DNA of 64,000 nucleotides from contig CAVXPZ010000001.1 in the NCBI GenBank assembly GCA_963763775.1, positions 576,451-640,450 on the forward strand. The letters run 5' to 3'. Positions 54,686-62,979 of the stretch are shown here, one piece after another (the stretch's first letter is position 1; the number at the start of each line of letters is the position of its first letter). The notes beneath the pieces were generated by a model. The model was not told the DNA's origin. It did no database searches and saw nothing but the letters and a program-made list of their open reading frames with translations. Source of the stretch: an uncultured Chloroflexia bacterium. Lineage in GTDB: Bacteria > Chloroflexota > Limnocylindria > Limnocylindrales > CSP1-4. Both the position numbers and the translations under genes were made by a program.

Positions 54686-56207
54686 CTACTCCGCCGGCTT
54701 GTCGCCGAAGATCGTGTAGTGCCAGCCCTTCTCGGCCTCGCCGGTGAGCTCGAGCATCACGTGCTTCACCTGCGTGTACTCCTCGAAGGAGTACGTCGAC
54801 ATGTCCTTGCCGGTACCTGACTGCTTGAAGCCGCCGTGGGGCATCTCGGACGTCACCATGAGGTGGTCGTTGACCTGCACGTGTCCGAAGTTGAGCGTGC
54901 GGGCGGCCTCCATGGCCGTGAAGACGTCCCGGGTCCAGATCGAGGCCGCGAGCCCGTAGCGGGTGTCGTTCGCCATCTCGAGCGCCTCGTCGACCGTGTC
55001 GAACGGCACGACCGCCAACACTGGGCCGAACACCTCGTCCTGCACGATCTCGCTGTTCTGAGCGCAGTCCGCGAGGAGCGTCGGGCGGTAGAAGGCGCCG
55101 TCGGGCAGGCCCGGCACATCGGGCCGGAACCCGCCCGCCGCCACGCGCGCGCCGTCGGCCTTCGCCCGGTCCACGAACCCGGCCACGCGCGCGACCTGCG
55201 TCTCGGAGATGAGCGTGCCGAGGTCCGTGGACGGGTCGAACGGGTCGCCCACGCGGACGCCGTCGAAGAGCTCCGCCGTTCGTGTGAGGAACGCGTCGTA
55301 GACGCTGCGGTGCACGTACGCGCGCGTCGCGGCCGTGCAGTCCTGGCCGCCGTTGATGAGCGCCCCGGCGGTCGCGCCGCGGGCGGCGGCCTCGATGTCG
55401 GCGTCGGCGCAGACGATGAACGGCGCCTTCCCGCCAAGCTCGAGGTGGACGCGCTTGAGGTTCGCCGCCGCGAGCGCCTGGATCCGCTTGCCGGTCTCGG
55501 TGTCGCCGGTGAGCGAGATGAGGTCCACGTCCATGTGCGCGGCGAGCGCGGCGCCAACGACGTCGCCACGGCCCGTCACGACGTTCAAGACGCCGTCCGG
55601 GACCCCGGCTTCCTTGGCCAGCTCCGCGAGCCGCACGGTCGTGATGGGCGTCGCGGACGCGGGCTTGAGGACGATCGAGTTCCCTGCCGCCAGCGCCGGT
55701 CCGATCTTCCAGATCGCCATCCACATCGGATAGTTCCATGGGCTGACCTGGCCCACGACCCCGATCGGCTCGCGTCGCACGAAGCTCGTGTGCGAGCCCG
55801 TGTACTCGTACGCGCCTTTGCCCTCGAGATGGCGGATGCACGTCGCGAAGAACCGCAGGTTGTCCGAGGCGAAGGCGAAGTCCGATTCGCGTCGGAGCTT
55901 GTAGGACGTCCCCGTCTGGAGCGTCTCGAGGTGCGCGAGGTCGTCCGCGTCGCGGTCGAGGAGGTCGCCGAGCCGATTCATGATCGCGACGCGGTCGGGC
56001 ATCGCCATCCGGTGCCAGCGGCCGTCCTTGAACGCCATCGCGGGCCGCGGCCACGGCTCTATCGACGTCCGCCTCGGTGCCGTCGGGGACGCGCCCGACG
56101 AGCTCGCGCGTCGCAGGACTCCGGACCTCGAGCCAGCGGCCGCTCGACGACGGCGAGGACACGCCGTCGATGAACATCGGATAGTCGGTGGTGACCTCGA
56201 CGGCCAT
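54686..56207 (-). pseudogene. NAD(P)-dependent aldehyde dehydrogenase, frame-broken as assembled near 56028-56038
   Basis: ATG 56207 (GGAGG upstream) opens MAVEVTTDYPMFIDG...DVDRAVAAAR, followed by a break. ORF 54686..56038 continues with AFKDGRWHRM...SPWNYP...LELGGKAPFIV...GQDCTAATR...EVFGPVL. Confidence 0.85.
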
Positions 56208-56260
56208 GACGATCGCCTCCGGGTGTGTCAGATGGAGCTCGCCGCGAGTCTAGCGCCGCC

Positions 56261-57436
56261 TCAGTCGCGCGAGCGTTCCCGTTCCAGCACCGCCCGCGCG
56301 AACCCGGCGAGCGCGACGTCCTCGAGCGGCGGGTTGATGAGGCCCGCGCGGGCGTCCCGGAAGGCCCGCTCGAGGCGGCCGGCGAGGAACCCGGGGCCGC
56401 CGGCGATGCGCAGGGCCTCGTCGGTCGCGTCGACCGCCGCACGCGTGCACACGACCTTGGCCAACGCGAGGTCATCGCCGGCACCGGTCTCGTCGTACCG
56501 GCGGGCCGCGCCGAGCAGCACGAGCCGGGCGGCCCGCAGGGTCGCGTCGAGGCGACCGAGCCGGACCTGGACGCTCGGCACGTCGGCGACCGATGTCGAG
56601 CCGTCGCCGGGCCGGCGATCGAGCGCCCACCGGGCGACGTCGGTGCGGGCGCCCTCCCCCACCCCGAGGTAGGTCGCGGCGACCGCGGCGGCGAACCAGG
56701 CGCCCGGCACCGCGCCGCGAGGATCGGGCTCGTCACTACGTCGTCGCATCACGAGCGCCGCGGCCGGGACCCGGACGTCATCGAGGACGAGGCGGCCGGA
56801 GGCCGACCCGCGCATCCCCATCGCCTCGAAGCCCGGCAGCCGCGTGACGCCGTCGAGCGACAGATCGACGAGGAAGCTGCCGACCTCCGGGGTGGCGGAG
56901 CCCGGGTTCGTGGAGCTCGGGCGCGGCCCGTCGCCACCGTGCTCCGCGATCCGCGCTGACACGAACGCGTATGAGAGGTTCGGCAGCCACGTCGTCCAGG
57001 TCTTCTCGCCGGTGAGCCGCCACGCATCGCCGTCGAGGCGGGCGGTCGTCCCCGGGATCGCGCCACGGGCCGGCGACCCGCCGCCCTCCTCGGTCGCCGC
57101 GTTGTTCACGAGCGCGCCGTCCTCGACGACCGCGCGGAACACCTCGGCACGGAGCGTTTCGGGAACGGCCGGCGCATCCCGCAACGCTCCGAGCACGTGG
57201 GTCTGCATGGCGAACCCGAGCGCCGTCGCCCCATCGACGGCGCCGATCGCGGCAAGGATGTCCGCCGCGTCGACCATCGAGGCGCCCAGACCGCCGGCCG
57301 CCACCGGCACGACCGCCCGGTGCAGACCGGCCTCCACGATGGCGGCGGCCGCTCGCGGGTCGAACGTGTCCCCGAGGTCGAGCGCGCGGAGCCGCGCGAC
57401 CGCGTCGGCGAGGGCCGCTTCGAGTTCGGGGCTCAT
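56261..57436 (-). CDS. acyl-CoA-dehydrogenase-fold flavoprotein lacking the C-terminal YEG catalytic motif
   Basis: ATG 57436 overlaps the YdeI stop (ATGA). It has an ACAD-like middle (FEAMGMRGSASGRLVLDDVRVP). The C-terminus RDARAGLINPPLEDVALAGF aligns with RDAKITQLYEGTQQIQRL of the bona fide ACAD at 40537, placing Pro where that protein has Glu. Confidence 0.75.
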   Translation of the reverse strand: MSPELEAALADAVARLRALDLGDTFDPRAAAAIVEAGLHRAVVPVAAGGLGASMVDAADILAAIGAVDGATALGFAMQTHVLGALRDAPAVPETLRAEVFRAVVEDGALVNNAATEEGGGSPARGAIPGTTARLDGDAWRLTGEKTWTTWLPNLSYAFVSARIAEHGGDGPRPSSTNPGSATPEVGSFLVDLSLDGVTRLPGFEAMGMRGSASGRLVLDDVRVPAAALVMRRRSDEPDPRGAVPGAWFAAAVAATYLGVGEGARTDVARWALDRRPGDGSTSVADVPSVQVRLGRLDATLRAARLVLLGAARRYDETGAGDDLALAKVVCTRAAVDATDEALRIAGGPGFLAGRLERAFRDARAGLINPPLEDVALAGFARAVLERERSRD

Positions 57437-58029
57437 GACGCGCGCCCCACGCGCATCGGTCCGACCGGCCGTCCGGCCGCCGAATCGGTGATCAGCGCGG
57501 CCATCCGCCGCTCGCGCGTCGCTGCCTGCTTGGCGCTCGTCACCCAGTGCGTGACGGTCCGCCGATATGACGGCGACCGCCGCTCCCAGTCGGCCCACGC
57601 GGCGGGCACGTCCTGCAGGGCCGCGATCTCGGCCTCGGAGAAGACGGCGGCCTCGCGCTCATACGAGTAGATCGCGGTCTTCTCCGGCGAGCGGGCGTCG
57701 AAGGCTGCGAGACCGGCCGGCCGCATCCGGCCCGCCGCCGTCAGGGCCTCGACCTTCGCCACGTTGATGGCGCTCCAGTTGCTCCCCTTGCGCCGCGGCG
57801 TGAACCGCTGCGCGTACGACATCTCGTCGAGGCTGTATCGGACCCCGTCGATCCACCCGACGCACAGCGCCTCGTCGACCGAGGACGACCAGTCCACGCT
57901 CGGGCGGCCGGTCGCCTTGCGGTAGGCGCCGAGCCAGAGCTCGTCCGCGGTCGCATGGTTCGCGTCGAACCAGTCGCGGAGCTCCTCGGATGACGCGAAG
58001 AACCGGACATCGCGCGGCGTGAGCTTCAA
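57433..58029 (-). CDS. YdeI/OmpD-associated family protein
   Basis: TTG 58029 overlaps the decarboxylase stop (TTGA). Motifs: FASSEELRDWFDANHATADELWLGAYRK...CVGWIDGVR...RFTPRRKGSNWSAINV. Confidence 0.65.
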   Translation of the reverse strand: MKLTPRDVRFFASSEELRDWFDANHATADELWLGAYRKATGRPSVDWSSSVDEALCVGWIDGVRYSLDEMSYAQRFTPRRKGSNWSAINVAKVEALTAAGRMRPAGLAAFDARSPEKTAIYSYEREAAVFSEAEIAALQDVPAAWADWERRSPSYRRTVTHWVTSAKQAATRERRMAALITDSAAGRPVGPMRVGRAS

Positions 58030-59450
58030 CGTGGCGCCGCCTCGCGCAACAACGCCCAGACCCGCTCGACGTGGCGCTGCTCCGTCCGCAGGTTCCCGAG
58101 CGAGACCCGGATCGTGAACTGCCCGGCGAGCCGGGTGTGCGAGAGGAAGACCTCGCCGGTCCGGTTGACGGCGTCCATGATCGCCGCGTTCGCGTCGTCG
58201 AGGGCCTCGTCGGCGCCGGTCCAGCCGCGTGGGCGCCAGCGGAAGCAGACGGTCGAGAACGGGACGGGCGCCAGTCGCTCCCAGTCTGGATCGGCCTCGA
58301 CCTGCGCGGCGAACCACTCGGCCATCTCGAGGTGTTGCCGGATCCGCCGTCGCAGCCCCTCGAGCCCGAACCAGCGGAGCAGCATCCAGAGCTTGAGCGC
58401 CCGGAAGCGTCGGCCGAGCTGCGGTGTGTACTCGTTGTAGTCGTGGACCGGCGTGGCACGGTCCAGGGTCCGCAGGTACTCCGGCACGAGGCTGAACGCC
58501 GCCCGCAGCACGTCCATCCGCCTCGACAGCAGCAGCGAGGCGTCCATCGGCGTGAACAGCCACTTGTGCGGGTTGACGACGATCGAGTCCGCTCGCTCCC
58601 AGCCGGCGAACGGCTCGCGGCGCTCCGGGAGCAGCGCGACGGCCCCGGCATACGCCGAATCGACGTGCAGCCAGACGCCCTCCGCCTCCGCCACAGCCGC
58701 GACGTCAGCGACCGAGTCCACCGACGTGGACGATGTCGTGCCGACCGTCGCGACGATGGCGATCGGCCGCCGGCCCGCGGTGCGGTCCTCCTCGATCGCC
58801 GCGCTGAGCGCCTCGACGCGCATCTCGAAGCGGTCGTTCGCCGGGATCCGGACGAGCGCGTCACGCCCGAGTCCCAGCGTCATGCAGGCCTTCTCGATCG
58901 AGCTGTGCGCCTCGGTGGACGCGTAGACGCGCAGGGCCGGGAGATCCGGTCGCCCGGTCAGCCCGTGCTGGGCGACGTCGAAGCCGGCGGCTTCGCGCGC
59001 CGCGGCGAGCGCGATCAGCGAGGACGTCGAGGCTGTGTCCGTGATGAGCCCGTCGAAGGTCTCCGGCAACCCGAGCGCCTGGCGCAGCCAGTCGACGACG
59101 ACCTGCTCGAGCTCCGTGCCGATCGGCGAGGTCCGCCACAGCATCGGGTTCTGGCCGATCGTGGCGGTCAGCATCTCGCCGAGGATCCCGGGACTGGACG
59201 CGGTGGTCGCGAAGTACGCCATGAAGCCCGGGTGCTGCCACTGGGTCGCGTTGGGTTCGACGAGCCGCTGGTAGTCCGCCAGGATCGCCTCGAGCGCCTC
59301 CGGGTCCTCCGGCGCGCTCGTCGGGAACTGCGGTCGCAGCGACCCGGGTTCGATGGACGGGAAGACGTCGCGCGACTCGACCGTCTCGAGGTAGTCCGCC
59401 ATGAGATCGGCGACGGCGTGGGCCGCGGCACGGAAGTCGTCGGGCGCCAT
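58026..59450 (-). CDS. group II PLP-dependent decarboxylase (aromatic-L-amino-acid decarboxylase-like)
   Basis: 474 aa. Motifs: HPGFMAYFAT, GLITDTASTSSL, HVDSAYAG, NPHKWLFTPMD (PLP-lysine motif). Confidence 0.85.
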   Translation of the reverse strand: MAPDDFRAAAHAVADLMADYLETVESRDVFPSIEPGSLRPQFPTSAPEDPEALEAILADYQRLVEPNATQWQHPGFMAYFATTASSPGILGEMLTATIGQNPMLWRTSPIGTELEQVVVDWLRQALGLPETFDGLITDTASTSSLIALAAAREAAGFDVAQHGLTGRPDLPALRVYASTEAHSSIEKACMTLGLGRDALVRIPANDRFEMRVEALSAAIEEDRTAGRRPIAIVATVGTTSSTSVDSVADVAAVAEAEGVWLHVDSAYAGAVALLPERREPFAGWERADSIVVNPHKWLFTPMDASLLLSRRMDVLRAAFSLVPEYLRTLDRATPVHDYNEYTPQLGRRFRALKLWMLLRWFGLEGLRRRIRQHLEMAEWFAAQVEADPDWERLAPVPFSTVCFRWRPRGWTGADEALDDANAAIMDAVNRTGEVFLSHTRLAGQFTIRVSLGNLRTEQRHVERVWALLREAAPR

Positions 59451-59549
59451 GTCGCCGAACTCGGGCGTGGTCGCCGGGAGCGCGGTGCGCGGCTCGCTGA
59501 GTCATGCGCCCGAGTGTACCCAGCGGGCGACGCCGGCCGGGCGCGGGGG

Positions 59550-60568
59550 TCAGATGGATTCGCCGACCGTGGAGAGGATCGTGCTGACCTGGCCGCCGAG
59601 GAAGATGAGCGCGACGATCGAGACCACGAAGATCAGGAACAGGATCCCGATCACGAGGAGGCACGCCATCGCGAGGCCACCGGAGCCTGCGCCTGCCGGT
59701 CGGACGAGCGCCGTGTTGGCAAATCGGTCGTGCAGGCCCTGTTTCGTGGAGCTCGTCGCCGTCGTGATCAGGAGCGCGATGACCCACACCAGCTGGATCA
59801 GCGAGCTGGTGCCAGCCAGGGCCGGGGCCAATGCCAGCAACCCGATCCAGATGCCGTACCCGGCCCAGCGGCGGACCGCCTGCTCGAGCGTCAGGGACCG
59901 GCCGTCGAACGCGTTGCCGACCTGGATGTTGAAGATGCGCTGGCCCGGGCTTGCGCGCCGGCCACCGGTCCAGAAGAAGACGAAGTACACGAGGCTGAGG
60001 ATGACCAGCGGCACGGTGAACGCGGCCCCGGTGACATTGGTGTAGTAGGAGGCCGACGTGCCGTCCGCGCTCTGCCGGATCGTCGTGGTCCCGGCACCGA
60101 GGAGACCGCCGATGAATCCCCCGACGATCCCGAGGATGATCAGGTCGACGATGTACCCGACCAGGCGCGGCGCCGTCCCGGCGAAGGACAGGCCGGGCGC
60201 GCCCGGGACCTCGACGGCCTTGGGCGGGGCGGCCCAGCCCACGGCCGGTGCCGCGGGTCCGGACGGTGGCGCGCCGGCGGCGGGCGCCTGGCCTTCTGGC
60301 GCGCCCCAACCGACCGGCGCCGCGGAGATGAGCCCGGCAGCGGGCGCGGCGGCCTCGACGGCCGGCGCCGCCACGTCGGGGGTCGGCACGACCTCGGTCG
60401 GCGTCGCGTCCTGGGTCGGCGGGTGGGCGTCGGTCGGCGCATCACCGGCGCTCGGTCGGCCTCTCCGGCGTCCGCGGGCGGCTCTGCGTGCGCGCCAGGG
60501 TCGTCCGGTTTGGCGTCCCAGGGCATCGGTCGCGGCGTGGGGTCCTCGGGCGGCGTGGCGTCGCTCAT
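59550..60568 (-). CDS. RDD-family membrane protein with Pro/Ala-rich N-terminus and a Flp-pilin-like C-terminal extension
   Basis: The RDD core is RLVGYIVDLIILGIVGG...FFWTGGRRASPGQRIFNIQV...KQGLHDRFANTALVR. The tail is GGLAMACLLVIGILFLIFVVSIVALIFLGGQVSTILSTVGESI. The likely ATG at 60568 (MSDATPPEDPTPRP...) is in the adjacent frame, which implies a frame break in 60430-60560. The ORF-track start at 60683 gives an R-rich, implausible N-terminus. Confidence 0.65.
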
Positions 60569-60895
60569 GCGTGCAATGTAGGCCGCCGACGCAAGGGATG
60601 TACGCCGAATCCGACGTGTCGGTCCGATGAGGGCCGGGTGTAGCCTTTGGACGGGTCGACTCCGACCGCAGCCGCAGAGGCAACGCAGCATGACCAAGAC
60701 CGCGCGTCGTTCACACCATCCGAAGCGACCGACCGCCACGTCATCGCCGACGGCATCGGGGACCGGCGGGTTCTGGCGGATGGTCGGCAACTCCGAGTCG
60801 ATCAACGGGATGCCGAACGGGATCTTCGGGGTCGCGCTGGCGCGTCGCGGCCGCGCTGGTCCTCTACCCGGTGACGCGCCTGGTCCGCTCCGTCC

Positions 60896-61498
60896 TCAGA
60901 CGCTGACGGCCGGCACGGACCGCCACATCGTCGAAACCGGCGTCTGGTCGATCACCGACACGAACCCACCGATGCGCCGGAATCCCGCCCGCTCGTATCG
61001 ATGGTCGTTCGACGGGTTCGTGGACTCGAGGTAGCAGGGCACGCCGGCCGCGTCCCATCTGGCGAGGTCGTCGGCGAGGAGTCCCAGGCCGATCCCCCGG
61101 CCGCGATGCTCGGGATGCGTCGCGAGGAGGCTGAGATACATGTGCGGTTCAGCCGGTCGAACGGTCTCGAAGCGGTCCCAGAGCTCGTAGAGGGCCGCGG
61201 CACGATCGGGCGCGAGCGACCTGTCGACAAGGGCATGCGCCTCAGCGAGCCCTTCGTCCGAGAGCTCGCTCCCGTCTGGAGGCAGCCAGACCGAGACCGC
61301 GGCCGCACCGTCGGTCATGAACAGCGTCCCATACCCGAAGGCCCCCTCGATGAACATCCTCCAGTACGCGGCGTGATGCGCCGTGGATCCGTCGAGGCCG
61401 GCGAGGGCGACGTCCCAGACCGGGTCGTCGGCGAATGCCAGGGTGATGGTCTCGGTGACGCGGTCGAGGTCGCCGCGCGTCGCTGGGCGGGATGCCAT
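60896..61498 (-). CDS. GNAT-family N-acetyltransferase
   Basis: 200 aa. It has motif A LATHPEHRGRGIGLGLL, followed by YLESTNPSNDHRYERAGF. Confidence 0.8.
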   Translation of the reverse strand: MASRPATRGDLDRVTETITLAFADDPVWDVALAGLDGSTAHHAAYWRMFIEGAFGYGTLFMTDGAAAVSVWLPPDGSELSDEGLAEAHALVDRSLAPDRAAALYELWDRFETVRPAEPHMYLSLLATHPEHRGRGIGLGLLADDLARWDAAGVPCYLESTNPSNDHRYERAGFRRIGGFVSVIDQTPVSTMWRSVPAVSV

Positions 61499-61780
61499 GG
61501 TGTCATGGTAGGCGACCGTCGAGACGCCCCAAAGGCGCGGTTCGTCGTCGGTTCGAGGACGGCGTGGTCAGACGAATGCCACGCCGAAGGTCATGTTCCG
61601 CAGCGTCGAGGGCGTCGCTATCCTGCGGCGATGGCCACGTCTGCGCCGCGGTTGGTGTTCAGCTTCGACACGTGCACCTCGAAGATGCCGACAGTGCACG
61701 CCGGCATATCGGTCGGGACGATGTACGAGAGGTACAGCTGACTCGATGAGCTGTCGCTGTCCCGACGCCCCCACGTGTCA

Positions 61781-61812
61781 AGGCCCCGGTCCGCATGACG
61801 CGGCCGGGGCCT
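61781..61812 (-). terminator. strong GC hairpin immediately 3' of tRNA-Pro
   Basis: aggccccgg-t-ccgc-atgac-gcgg-ccggggcct gives 13 bp with a one-nucleotide bulge. It lies 17 nt downstream of the tRNA 3' end on the minus strand. There is no U-tract. Confidence 0.4.
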
Positions 61813-61828
61813 CTCCACGTTCAGATAA

Positions 61829-61905
61829 TGGTCGGGGCGGCGGGATTCGAACCCACGACCACCAGTCCCCCAGACTGGTGCGCTACCAGACTGCGCCACG
61901 CCCCG
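61829..61905 (-). tRNA. tRNA-Pro (anticodon GGG)
   Basis: The minus strand reads CGGGGCG-TG-GCGC-AGTCTGGTA-GCGC-A-CCAGT-CTGGGGG-ACTGG-TGGTC-GTGGG-TTCGAAT-CCCGC-CGCCCCG-A-CCA. 77 nt with a perfect acceptor stem. Confidence 0.9.
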
Positions 61906-61984
61906 ACAGGCGACGAAGTCTAGCACCCGGGGCTCTTGAGCCCGGGCGGTCGATATCTGGGGCTACGACCTCGGGCCAGCCCTG

Positions 61985-62958
61985 ATGCGGCGCGAGACGG
62001 CCCGGCAGTACGCTGACCGCATGGCCATCGAATTGCTCCCCGTGGTCTCCGATGCCGACCTCGCGCGGATGATCGAGACGAGGAACCTGGTCGACCCGCG
62101 ACCGATGACCGTCGCGGCCTTCCTGGCCGAGCGAGCGGTCGCCCTCAAGCTCGTGAACCTCAATGCGATGCGCGACGGGGCAGTCGCCGGTGCCGCGTCG
62201 CTCGGCTGGGGCACGATGAGCGCCGAGTCGAAGACGGCGTTCCTCGAGATCTGGGTCCTCCCAGGACCACCGGCGCCGCGGCGTCGGTTCGGCCCTGTTC
62301 CGGGAGCTCGCCGACGTCGCGGCGGATGCCGGGATGACGCATCTTCGCGGAGACATCGTCGAGGGCGACGCCCCGGCTTGGCACTTCGCCGAGCAGCGCG
62401 GGTTCGAGGTGCAGAGCCGCGGCCAGCTCGGATCCCTGGCCCTGCCCGCCCCATCACGGTCCGTCGACGCCAACGCCATCGGGCATCGAGACCAGTTCGC
62501 TGGCCGACCGGCCGGACCTGGCCCACGGCGTCTACGACCTCTCGATGCGCGTCCGTCCCGAGATCCCCGCACTTGCGGCCGAGCCGATCCCATCGTTCGA
62601 GGCCTGGCGAGGTTCGACCATCGACGATCCGGGCTACCTCCCGTCCCTGTCGCCACTCGCGCTCGACGCCGACGGCGCCGTGGTCGGGTCGATGGACGTC
62701 TACGACGGCGCCGACGGCAGCGCGTTCATCGGCATGACCGCCGTCGACCCCGCGTCCCGGCGACGCGGCATCGGGCGGTATCTGAAGGAGGAGCTGACGC
62801 GTCGAGCCACGGAGGCGGGCTTCGAGCGGATCGACACGTACAACGACGGATCGAACGACCGGATCCGAAACCTCAACATCGACCTCGGGTACGTCTACCA
62901 GCCCCCGGTGCTGATGATCAAAGGCCCGATCGACGCGGTCGGGACGCCGGAGCCTTAG
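61985..62958 (+). pseudogene. two-domain GNAT-family acetyltransferase, two frame breaks as assembled (~62255-62265 and ~62481-62483)
   Basis: Frame 2 reads ...MAIELLPVVSDADLARMIE...AFLEIWVLP. Frame 0 reads (Q)DHRRRGVGSALFRELADVAADAGMTHLRGDIVEG...QRGFEV...VDANAIG. Frame 1 reads IETSSLADRPDLAHGVYDL...MTAVDPASRRRGIGRYLKEELTRRATEAGFERIDTYND. Each half contains a GNAT motif A. Confidence 0.75.
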
Positions 62959-62979
62959 CGCCGGGCGCCTGACCCCGGG

